DNA of 64,000 bases from Dicyema japonicum. Taxonomy: Eukaryota; Animalia; Dicyemida. Below, piece after piece: positions 38,982 to 50,599 of the stretch. The stretch covers positions 124,001 through 188,000 of the forward strand of contig RDEW01000014.1 in the NCBI GenBank assembly GCA_011109175.1, given 5' to 3'. A model generated the notes under the pieces. That model did not search any database, was not told the origin of the DNA, and saw nothing but the letters and a program-made list of their open reading frames with translations. The translations under genes and the position numbers were made by a program. Numbering within the stretch: position 1 is the stretch's first letter; each line of letters starts with the position of its first letter.

Positions 38982-39744
38982 TCAAATAAATAGCATTATA
39001 TTAACAGTAGAGACCAAGCATAACATCACAGTTGCCACAAAATACAAGGATTCAATCGTAAACGAGGATATCCCCATAAAAAAGGAATTGAAACCAAGAG
39101 ATATCACAAAAGAGACGGCTAATCCACTAAAATAAGCAAAACAAAACTACAATGAGGGACGTTGGAGAGGATTTGGAACATTTAAGGATACTCCAAGCAA
39201 AGGAAGGAGTAATTCCACCAGGAATACATAAGGAGTGTCTGAATTTTGTCACAAATTACTTGTCATGAACGTATAAACGAACTTTCCTGGAGTACTAAGC
39301 CTCTTTGAAGTTATAAAATCCGCCGCAGCGTGGAATTTATGGACCTTCCTAACACAGTCGATGAGATTTAACACATAAAAGAGATCCCGGGAGATGAGGT
39401 TCCTCAAAGGTGAATAGTAAACACAAAATCTAGGGTCAATGGAAAAAGGATACAGAATCATTAGAATTTGCAGTAATTCATCAAAATTTGGAATTGACTT
39501 TAAAATTGACTCCGACATCAAAAGACAGTGAATTATGACACCCCCGCGACAGGCGATAAATGTGATAAGAAAAATAAGCAGAGGGTATTTGTTTTTATAA
39601 TTTTCAAAGCCTAAAGTCATCAGATTGTGTACGTGTTATTTGGGATGCAATTTTAATACATTTGATTGCATAATTGTTGATATTATAAAATGTATTTACT
39701 TGTTGACGCAAAATAAACGATCCCACAACATCAATTATTGTCAT
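38982..39744 (-). CDS. TMEM38: TRIC/TMEM38-like trimeric intracellular cation channel (divergent; 3' end may extend to 38919)
   Basis: Spliced reading MTIIDVVG..TFYNINNYAIKC..KYPLLIFLITFIACRGGVIIHCLLMSESIL..VYYSP..DCVRKVHK..NPLQRPSF parallels TRIC P...W...ML.CFGGG.L..LLL.EP.L / KEV.R..K. Introns of 21-24 nt. Confidence 0.6.
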
Positions 39745-39836
39745 TACTAATCTAAATTATTAAAATTAAAAGACTCGAATTTTATTTATTAATAAAATAA
39801 ATAAAATATAAATGTTTTCGTTGATATCAACAAGCA

Positions 39837-40512
39837 TTTGGTTTTTTTGGTTGAGGTGGTGACGACATCTCTATTGCACTGTCTTATTCGTATTTTTTAC
39901 CGACTTATCCGTTCACTCTGGGAACTTTCAATTGCATAGGACTTAAACAACCTCACAAGAAACACCAACTGGTATGCTACCTAGCCACAAGAAGAGGACA
40001 TGACTAAACACCAGGTTTAGAATATACAAAACTTTTGTCATCCCGGTAATGACCTACAACTCTGGGATTTAGCGATTCTCTAAACGGGAAATGGACCGTC
40101 TTGACTTTTTCCACAGAGCTCAGCTTTAATCAGTAATCAAGATTAACTGGCCTATGAAGATCTCTGATGCAAACCTTTATAATAAATGCAAATACGGCGT
40201 GCTGTCAGATGATATTTTCAATCAAGACGTCTAAATGACCAGGTCCCCGCAAATTTCGCAATGGTCAACTACCTCGCACACACAGGAGCCGGATTTTGTG
40301 GAAGGCCAAGAACGACACTTCCGACTATCTTGAACGAAGACCTATCGGCGGTTGGTATGAGACTAACTTCGGTGGACGATCTGGATTACCTAAGAGAACT
40401 AGCGCGTAACAGAGGATCATGGTCGAGGTTGACGAAGAGGATGATTAGGAATACGGCACAAGGGAAACATAACTAATTTATGTTTAAACGGGAGTGCTTT
40501 TAATAATAATAA
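39837..40512 (+). mobile_element. Internally deleted (bipartite) non-autonomous RTE derivative
   Basis: 5' motif ttggttgaggtggtgacg plus APE start TLGTFNCIGL, joined directly to post-RT RIYKTFVIPVMTYNSG..CGRPRTTLP and a gtgcttt(taa)n tail. Confidence 0.8.
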
Positions 40513-43300
40513 TTTGGTTGAGGTGGTGACGTGCATCTCTTGCACTTATATCTACAATGGATTCAGAACAATTTAATAACCTGACTATCCTAACCTTCAA
40601 TGTCTGAGGCTTGAATAACGTGGCTAAGAGGCAGCTTCTATGTTCTGATGTTGAGAAATACCGGGGTTCTGTATGCTGCCTACAGGAGACTAAAATAAAA
40701 AATGGACTCTATGAAATACATGCAAATTTCCGGTTAATATTGCTTCCCTCGGAATCGAGGCACTATGGACAAGACTTTGCAATACACAGGGACTATTTTC
40801 TCAAAGTATATCGTTACTGGAAAGTCAATGACAGAATCAGTGTCTTACAACTACGTACAAGATCAAGCAGAACTTCGAGGAAACTAATCTCAATTATCAA
40901 CGTTTACGCACACAAGTGGACGCATCCTAAAAAATCCGGAAGAACTTGACCTGTTCTACGAGGAATTGGAAAGACATCAACAGACCGCATTTCATTATAC
41001 TTATTGTTTATTGCCGGGGACTGGAATGCGAAAGTGGGAACTCGTAGAAGAAGTGAAAGTTTCGCTGGCCAGCACGGAAGAGGAATCAGAAACTTTGCGG
41101 GAACCATCTTGGCGGAGTTTTGCCTGGCATTTGATCTGTTCATATGTAATACTGGTTTCCAAAATCCCGCAATCATAAAACGACATGGACTGGGCAACGA
41201 TTTTACCTACCGAAGGCTCTATTTACATTTTCAACCAAATTGACTACATCATCTGCCGAGTCAAAGAAAAATCACTCCTACGTGACTTAGATCTTATGGA
41301 GGTAGAACAATCGACAGTGATCACAAGATAGCCTCTGTCAAGTTCCCAACGAAGACATTATTGACCTAAGACGAATAGAGCTAATTGTAGATGTAAGAAG
41401 CTACAAAATGGAACAACTGTGTTACTCTACATCGATCAGAGACAACTCCCAAATATCAATTACGAGATTCCTCCGAAACCTGGATCCCGGACTTCTTCCA
41501 GGAGGCATCCGGGCGGAGACAATGAAAGGGATCCTTTCGGCAGCAAATGGGAGCATCGGAACCTGGTCCCTGGAACTGTTTAAAAAATGTATACATCCAG
41601 AGATCCCCGCCCTCATTAAAAAACAAAGGGAATTAAGATTACAACTGGAAAATACGTCTGATCCGGACAAGAAACAAATCTTGAAGTCTAGAAAAACATC
41701 CACCCAGAAAAACCATAAAGATTTTGAATAAGAAGCACGTCATTTTAACAAATTCCAAAGATCAGGCTGAATATATTGAGTCGTATTTCGAGGATATATT
41801 AACTGTCTGCGGAGAAATGTCTGATCATACGTGAGGATACTCCACCCAAATCGATAAAGCTATCACACCTGGCGAAATTTCAAATGCAATGGTCAAACTT
41901 AAGAATGGCCGCTCCCCTGGATCGGATGGAATCAATTCAGAACTTCTCAAATAACAGACAAACTGCGGGACTACTCAACTCTATGTTTATAAAAAATAAT
42001 ACCCCGCTCTTGGATCCGGACTATTAATACCATTACAAAAGGTTAACAAGCATGCTGGGCCTGTTGAAAACCTAAGTCCAATAATACTGCTAAACACCTT
42101 ACGAAACTCCTGGCATTAGTTACGTTGAACTGAATCAGAGAACAAATGGACAACTATCTATCCTCTAGTCACAGTGGATTCAGGACAGGAAGATCTACTG
42201 CGGATGTAGTATAGAGCCACAAGTGGCGCTGCGCTATCAACCAGAGATTGGAAAGTGCAACAACAGTCCTGGGAATAGACCTCTCTAGGGCCTTTGACAC
42301 AGTCCGTCGTGGTCTACTTCTCAGGATACTGGAACAATTCTTGGACCCTGATTCTGTAGTATGATAAGAGTGTTGCTATCTAACACAAGACTTCCGTGAA
42401 TTTACGTTTAATGTTGGTACTCCCCAGGAGATTCCCTCTCGCCCCTGCTATTTGTCATATATCTGGAGGCGGCATTACGAGATCTTCGGAAGTTCTATGA
42501 TGGCAGCATCGTCGAAATTTCTTACTCGGACGACGTCGACTTTGTGTCAGAAGACAAATCGGCCCTACTTCGACTCCATGAGGTGGCACCTGGTGAGCTG
42601 AACCGATGGTTCCTTGGAATGAACACCGCAAAAACCGACATAATGGAAATCAGGAGAATGCAAAGCAGATCAAGTGAAACATGACGAAAAACAAACAAAC
42701 TTGACTCTTTACTTGGAGACAGTCAGATATTGCCAGAAGGAAAGCCCTCGTTTGGGTAATGATGAACAAGTTGAAGAAAGAGTGGATTGGCAAACGACGA
42801 TCCTGCACATCACTTCGTTTGAGACTGTATGAAGCCTTTGTCAACCGATCCTAAAATACAATTCATCGACTTGGGGACGTCCAAAACCGAACAGCTTGGA
42901 CCAGACTCTTTCCATCAAAGAACTGGCCAGCAAGAATAAACAAGGAATCACTATATAAGAGATACTGTACGGGTCCAATGAGTCTCGAAATTGTTGATAT
43001 GCGTTGGAGGATATTTGGATATATCTTGCATATAGACTTGGGTGCTCCAGCCAACATAGTAATGGAGGATTACTTCATAAGACAGGGACCGTGTTTTCGT
43101 GGACCCCGGCGTATTACATAACTAGAAACACTTGAAGAAGATCTAAAGCTCGTGAACAAATGTCTAAGAAGTGGAGACGACCTGGACGAGCTGAGGAAAC
43201 TATCTTACGATCGAGGAGGTTGGAAGAAGTTGGTTGTTTTGAATGCTGCACATGTGAAATTATAAATAATTATGATTTTACGCATGTGGCTTATAATAAT
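40513..43300 (+). mobile_element. Full-length degraded RTE-clade LINE
   Basis: 5' motif, LTFNV*GL, CLQETK, AGDWNAKVG, SPGSDGI, IDLSRAFDTV, GTPQGDSLSPLLF, YSDD, FRGPRRIT; taataat tail. Confidence 0.9.
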
Positions 43301-43794
43301 TATCAACAAGCAAGCTCTCAAATATCTTTTCAGTGCTGCAAATACCCAGTAAAACCCCCGTATAATTCTAAAACAGGGTCTAAAAAAGGTTGAAACCCGG
43401 AAGCGAAGACTGTTTTCACATGGTTGAGAATCGTGGTTCAATGAAAGAAGAACGAAAGATTGGAGGTAACGTCAATGCAATTACATTTTAAAAATTTCGA
43501 AAATTGACGGGAGTCGATGTTTGTTCGAGTTATTCCACAAATCACTCAAATCTCAACATTATGACTCACACTACCACTACTCATTTGGTAGACTAATTCA
43601 AACCCGAAATCTTGGTGTAAATTACACCTCTTTAATTCTATCAGTTTCGCTTGTATCTTCTGAATTTCTCATTAAGTCTATGGGCAACGGAATTAATCAC
43701 GAGCCGATAAGTCATTTTCTTGTTACCGCCCCAAATTTTCAAGAAGTTTACTGATTTTTTTAAATATAGTCGCACTCCTCGAATTCGTCATTTA

Positions 43795-43980
43795 TTTAAG
43801 AACCCCCAAGACCATCAAGAAAGGCATCAAAACCAACTGACTGAATGATCACGGCTTCCATTAACTCCCGGACTCTCTTCAAGTGGTCCGCCAGGGAGTC
43901 TTTTTCAAGGCTGATCGGGATTAATCCGCATGAGTAGTTTTTTCCTCAAATGAATTTTCTGGTTCGGAAACGCAGGAAAC
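43795..43980 (-). mobile_element. LINE 3' end fragment
   Basis: Minus-strand terminus gatggtcttgggggttcttaaataaa, shared with other LINE ends. Confidence 0.5.
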
Positions 43981-44315
43981 CTCGACCATTTTCAAATTAA
44001 TCATACTTTTTTCATAAATTAAGATGTTTTCGTTTTTAAGTGTTTGTGATTAAATAAATCATAAATTTTCTAATATAAGAAATTATCAACAAATAATTAC
44101 ATTCACCGATCAAAATAAGATATGAACGACCACTAAACGAGTCATCTATTTTCACCTTCGGATTACATTACGTCACTCTATTGACCAAGGTTAGAGAGGA
44201 ACAGAAGAAGCAAACAGAAACCTTACAATCAAATAAGACGCCCCAATAACAGATAGAATAAATTTCACTAGAAAAATCAAAATGAAATAATTAAAATAAA
44301 TATTATAGAATCAGC

Positions 44316-45114
44316 CTAATGAAGCAAAGCCTTAAAGTCCTCAAAAGCAGACTCCACGTCAAAAATAAACTGTCTAATTTTGTCATCTTCTATCACATCT
44401 CCTGCACCCATAGAATCGAAGACTTTCTGCCTAAAACCTCCCCAAAGTACGTGACCACTGCTCAATCTGACCCCTTCCCTGAAATGATGAGTATTTGTTA
44501 GCATAGGGGAGAAGAAGCCTCAGCAATTCAGTGACATCATGATGAAGCTGATCCTTAGCCGCAGCCCCCAATTGAAGTTTGTCCATCAAAGTGATGAATA
44601 GCTACAAAATAGATGAGACTCAAAACTGAAGTAATCTGCAAAACCTCTTTAGCGGATTTGGTACCATCATGAGAAATCGACTGCGGTTCTCCAACTGAAA
44701 GTCTCTCCAATGCAGCTGGGCAGTGCATCTAGGATAAGACTAAAAAAACCTCGTATTTTTTGGCGAACTCAGCGAAGGACTTGAATTCGGCTGCCTGTCT
44801 AAAGGCAGCCTTGCACTGTTGCATCAATTTTCTGCATGATTTTGTGTATCTAAATATTAATCAGGTAGAGACTCTTCTTGTGCGATTAAATCCCTAATAT
44901 GTGCATTCTCTAATGCTTCCAGAGTGCTTAGGCAGGCGTAAACCTCGGCAAAGTTGTCGTATCTTTGTGTGCATTAAAAGCAACCTTTGGCGATCCTTAG
45001 TAGTTTTGAATAACCTGACTTCCTATGAGATTATTGTAACTTTATACTTCAAGCCATTTTGGATTTGTTTGGCCTGTAAATTAATATTAATAAACGACAA
45101 CCTCGAAGATCCAT
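44316..45114 (-). CDS. VPS28: ESCRT-I subunit VPS28 (7 introns, 21-28 nt)
   Basis: Open spliced frame EVRLFKTTKDRQRYDNFAEVYACLSTLEALENAHIRD..YTKSCRKL..CPAALERL..FITLMDKL..FQGRGQIEQW..IRQFIFDVESAFEDFKALLH*. Confidence 0.95.
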
Positions 45115-45229
45115 TTGAATTTATATATTAATATAATTAAATATAAAGTTTTTATTGAACAAATTATTTACACTAATTTTCCAGTTTACAGTCGTTTTTT
45201 ATAATATTCTCTGTGAGATGTTCAACGAA

Positions 45230-45430
45230 ACGCTTGTTGAATTTCAATGGAAATAAATGAGACATATTGCACCTTGACAGAATATCCTCTTCTAACAGGT
45301 CTATGGAAGATTAGTTAATGCTGAACAAAAAGAAATATCGTGGTCGCCCATGCGTAATCTTATCATCAGTTTCTATCCAAGGGAACTTAAATCAGTTGAT
45401 GACATAGACGTGCTGAGCAGACATTATGTT
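45230..45430 (+). mobile_element. RTE 3' fragment
   Basis: SMED..KYRGRP..LKSVDDIDVL. Confidence 0.55.
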
Positions 45431-45442
45431 GTTGTGTTTGAT

Positions 45443-46578
45443 AACATTAAATATTATCTATCTACGATTTTAAAAAAATTCAAAATATTTAAAAATGCGT
45501 AATTTTAGTCAGTTTATTTTTAATATGATAGATTTTTTAACAGCAAAATGTTATATTTTTTGAATTTTAAAAATTTCTGGTGATTCCTGTTGTGTAAAAG
45601 TATAAATAAATAATAATTTATAGAAATGATACTATCTTCACGTAAAACTGCACAAATTATTCAATTAAAGATGCCGGTTTTAAACAAAAAACAGATTGCG
45701 TCTAAATTGAACTTTTTCCTAGCCAACTATTTCTAAACAAATAAAAAAGACTTCTGAAACCTACATAGCAGAACGCCGACAAGGCAGTGGTGTCCATAAT
45801 ATTTGTTCTGAAAAGAATTCAAACATCATTTGTTATGAAATTGAGCAAACCCAAAAATGTCATTAAGAAAAATTTGAGAAAATATGGAAACATATCAATT
45901 AGTCAAATGGCAATTAAAATAATATTGAATAATAAAAAATTACAAACCAATAAAAAAGCCTCTGTTAACACCAAGAATATTCAAATAACATTTTGAACCA
46001 GCCTGTAAATGGCTTCAGTAACATAGTCAAACATGGTGGTGGTAGTTTGATGGTTTGTTTCTCATATTATGGTGTCGGTAAATTACTTTTTATTGATGGG
46101 ATGGATAGATTCAAATATATAGATATTTTATCAAAGAATTTGTTTTCTTCTGCAGAAATAATGAAGCTTTCTGAATTTGTGTTCCAGCAGGATAACGATC
46201 CTAAACACACTGGGAAGCTTACAAAACAATTTTTAAGTGAAAAAAAGTTGAATTGTTGCAATGGTCCCCTCAATCTTTTGATTGTAACCAATAGAGAACT
46301 TATGGGGAACAATTAAAACGAAAATAGCAGAAAACGCCCCAAAATTTTTTGAACATTTGGAATGGATTCGATGTGGAAACATGCAAAAAATTATCATTGA
46401 GTTTTAGAAAAAGGATATTGGATGTTTGTCGTGCCAAGGGAAGATATATTAACTATCAATTATATGGTTTTTATAGTTACTTTGCTGTTACAAAATCTAC
46501 ATATTAAAATTGTCTAAAATTATGCATTTTTAAATATTTTGAAAATCTTTAAATCGTTGATAATAATTAATGTCATTA
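45443..46578 (+). mobile_element. Degraded Tc1/mariner DNA transposon with inverted repeats
   Basis: VKHGGGSLMV, GVGKLLFIDG, FVFQQDNDPKHT. Inverted repeats at 45479-45514 and 46508-46543 extend imperfectly outward. Confidence 0.85.
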
Positions 46579-46935
46579 AAGTGATGTAAATATTTAAATT
46601 TAATATTATCTAATTTTAAATGGTTTTTAAAAATATACAGTGCTGTCTTCGTGTCTCGATAAGTTTGCGCTTCAATTCCCACAACGCTGACTACCAGGTC
46701 GATGGATTCCTTTCTACTCTTTTCTTCTTTGGTCCCTAATAGTTCCCACAATAACGGATATGAAATGCGTTTCACTCCAACCATGGGAACTGAATATTAA
46801 TTGGACGTTAATTAACTCATAACATCGTTCCGGTATACCCGAGGTTTAAAAAAATTAATCAAACTCCAATCGCCCACATGGATGCATCTACATTTAAAAA
46901 TTTAAATTAAATAAAAATTCAAATTAAAAATAAAA

Positions 46936-48758
46936 TCACCAACAAAACGGAGCCTTTTCTCTTATACTTATAGTCCCAAATTTATTCCAGGCATCCTTGT
47001 GTACCCACAGGTCGTTAAGTGATTCAAGAAAGGCCATAATGGAGGCTCCCTTCCAACAAACAACCTCATCTTCCAAATTCTGAAGAATTTATCCAAAACT
47101 GACCTTTGGTTTACTGACAACAGAAATCTCACAACTGTCCTGTACGTTCCTCGGCAAATTTGCCCTGATGGCCTGCTGTAGAAACTTATGTGCTCCTTTA
47201 AACTTCATCCCTCCGCCAACGAGCAGCACAGAGGCCAACATCCGGCCTTTCAAGTCGTCCGATTCTATGACTAAAGTTGACAGATTACCACAGCGATCCA
47301 AACTGAAGACAATAGCCTTTGCTAAGGAGGGGTAGTCCTGCAGTTTTCCTCCAACAAGATTGTCCACCTGTCCGTAGAACTTGACGTCGTCAGAACCGTC
47401 GGAACACCCGGCGTTTCCACCATCCGAAGAATCGGGGACAAATTCATCGGTCTTAGGCTATTTTTCGGCAATTTACAATTAACCTGACTCGCTGACTTTC
47501 GTGACTTCCTTGGATGGCAGGTCAGATAGTCATCAAAGCAGTCTTCCATATCCGGCATTATTTCTATGGCCTTGGGTAGGAATTTCATCATTTCTGAAGA
47601 GAACAAAGTCAGGGGAGGCAAAATGAAGCTAAAATTGTCCACAAATGCAGAAAACTCGCTGTTTTCTACTGAGAATTCTACATCTTTCCCATCGTTACCC
47701 CGATTCTGGAGATTATTTACCAAAATCCACCTTATTTGAGTAGCCAAAGGAGCAATATTTTGACTTTAGCTTTTCCACAGTGAGATCAGAATCAACTGGA
47801 AGGTCAACCTCCCTCAGAACATGCCGAAAAACCTGACTGACGGTCTTCCCGCCGTACTGAAGAATCAACCTGTCTTCAGTTTAAAACAGGAACCTTGTTT
47901 TTGGATAAACGAAACCTTCCTCGACACAGCAAATGCTCGTCTTTGTGTGCCCGACGTCCACGACGCAAGCACGAACTAATCCAGCAGCGATTGTGGCGAA
48001 AACGGATTCCTATAAAGCTGTGAGGACAAATAAAACCTGTTGGATGAAAATGGCGCTAAATCCAATTTGATTTATAAACAATTCAGTAAGTTTGGCCACG
48101 TGAGAACGAACAAACATGTCTGGAATCACAAGAATAACTCGGTATGTTGAAAAATCCGTTATATCAAAATTTAAAGTTAACGTCGAGGTAATTATTTCAC
48201 GGAAATCAGCCAAAGCCAACGTGAGGGTTCGCTTTCGGTCGTTGAGTCGTCCAAAACAGAACGGAAAATGAAGTTCATGAGTGGAACTGTGGAGAGCTTT
48301 AAGACTCTGAATTCAGAATTTACGGTACCTCCTCTCCTATGTAAAATTCAGCGTCTCCCAGTGTTTCTTTAACTTCTTCTACGGCTTCTTTATTGTTCTT
48401 GGCCTACAGTAATGTAAAAAACTACGCTCTTTTCTGTGTATTTCATATTAGTGATGATTTTGATGATTTGATCCCTTCCGTAGTCGAATATCCTTGAATC
48501 TATATCATTCTGCGGGTTCATTTTAAAATTACGTTTTCTAAGACCGAGTCGCTGTTTGGAGAGTATCCCTCCTTCATTTTGCGAGCTATACAGTTTGGAA
48601 TGGTCAAAGGAGCGTCGTCAGTGCTCAGGCCGATGTAGAGGTTTAGTGACCCTGGATGAACCACAATTACTTTTTCGGGGGAAATCGTCTGTCAGTGAAA
48701 TGATATACTCTACTGCTTTTGATTGAGAAGAAACCCTCGGTTTTCTAATTGACACCAT
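46936..48758 (-). CDS. ACTR8: Actin-related protein 8 (INO80 complex)
   Basis: VIVVHPGSLNLYIGLSTDDAPLTIPNCIAR, YRVILVIPDMFVRSHV, SVLLVGGGMKFKG, WKGASIMAFLESLNDLWVHKDAWNKFGTISIREKAPFCW*. Multiple micro-introns; the 5' exons were checked in frame. Confidence 0.92.
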
Positions 48759-48854
48759 CTGTTTAAAATTTATTTAAATTTAAAACAACAATATATTTAT
48801 TTGGATTAATAAATAATTTAAAATTATGTTTAAACAAGTGAACCATATTCATTA

Positions 48855-48960
48855 AGGTTGACGAGTTACGCCTTCATCAATATTTAATCACTGCAGAACC
48901 GGATTGTCTTCTGGGATTCACTCACAAGAAAAGAAAAGAACGAGAAGTCAAGAACTTTTT
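48855..48960 (+). mobile_element. 5'-truncated SINE family 1 copy
   Basis: ggttgacgagttacgcc..cactgcagaaccggattgtct..cacaagaaaagaaaagaa matches the other copies. Confidence 0.7.
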
Positions 48961-48999
48961 CATGACTGTTCTTTATTCTTGAATAAAGTGAGTTAAAGA

Positions 49000-50450
49000 T
49001 GAGGTTTAATAATGGAAACATTACTATTCCTTGACGGCAGTGCTTTTGTTGTCTTGAATTTTATTTTTTGCCTTGTTTTAGTTATTTAGCCGCAAACCGT
49101 GGTTATTAAATTATTTATTCAATAGCTTCCCTCACAGTGTGCTAATTCCTGTGGAGGGACTGTGCTGCGCAGTTCGCTTCACTCACAGTCAGCTATCGAA
49201 CTTAAAGATTGATAATGCTAAATTTAATAATTATGAATTGATTAAATTATCGACATAATTTATGTGTTTTTGCTTTTCTATGGTTCATAACTATGATCTG
49301 ATGCCGAAAATATCATTTTTATTGCAGTTTTTAGGAAATTAATTTTTTGACCAATTCTTTACGTTGGGATCGATCCCATGTGATCCTTGACTTTATCCGA
49401 TATTAAAAACATCAAATTTACCTTATTTTTGTAATTTTTTGACCTCTTTAAACCTGGGGACCAATCCTTCATTTATCCTTACATTAGATTATTATCATTT
49501 TATGACGATGAATGGAAATTTGAAACACATAAACATTTTATTTTATAAATTAAGGAAAATGTTGAGACGTCAGGATTCCTCGACCCACAAGAGGACGAAC
49601 TTGTCCGTCGGATAGCTCAATGATCCAAAAAAGTCACGAAAGACTGGATGGCTTCGAGAACATAGCTCGATAAAGGAAATGCGATAAGTTATTAAATTAG
49701 TTATTCAGGGTAATAATATGTTTTGTAGGAATACTATGGCTAATTTGGATTTTTCTCTTTGTTCTTCTAAAACTAACTGATAATCAGGGCGATTTTTTGA
49801 TTTAATATATTCGAAATTTTGACATAAAAATCCACTTTATTGACTTTAAAAATTCAAAATTTTGAACATTTTTGACTTTATGACAAATTTATCTAGAAAT
49901 AAATTTTTTGTAATATAAAAAAACTAACCAAAAACTTTATTAAAATATAGAATAATGTAATTCAAAGCGTTTTCAGGTTAAATTTCCCGTCTTAGAAAAT
50001 AATATTACACTAATAAAAATCTTTACTGAATAGATAATCCCATGAAAGGAGATTTTTTCAAATAGTCGTATATGCATAGAGAAATATGTTATTTTTTTTA
50101 TTTTTGTATTAGAAAAAAACTTATTAACAGATAATCTACTTCTTAATTCCGCATAAATCGTTACTGAAATACAATTTTTGAATATGCTAGCTGCGTCTTC
50201 TACTCTGAGACAAGTTTTTCCAGTCACCCTTCTAATAATGTAACTCAAAAAATTATTTATAAGCAAAAAAATCAGTCAGTTTTGATCTGTTTCTTTTTAG
50301 AGTTCGGATCATTGAAGATCCAAGCTTTTCACTAGCTTCAAGATTTTCGACATATTCAATAGCCTCAATTCGAAAAAATCAATAAGTCTCTCGAATCCTC
50401 CAGATTTTGCTGATCCACGAAATTGGCGGATTTGAGAGACTTTACTTTAT
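49000..50450 (-). mobile_element. Possible piggyBac remnant
   Basis: YIIRRVTGKT..AASIFKNCI, KRFEL and NEGLVP weakly resemble piggyBac motifs in the expected order. Confidence 0.3.
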
Positions 50451-50599
50451 TTGCAAAAACAATAATAATTAAGTGTATTTCATTTTTTTAATTTATATTT
50501 GTTTTTAGTAAATCATGATTCAATTAACAAATTCTTGCAGCATTCTCTAATTTATTGTTGTTGTTTTATATTAATAAAAATTTGTCCATAAAATTACCA

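Noticed and set aside
46635-46644. TA-CAGTGCTG as a Tc1 terminus
   Set aside because: Wrong orientation for the right end of the adjacent element and no matching inverted copy was found.
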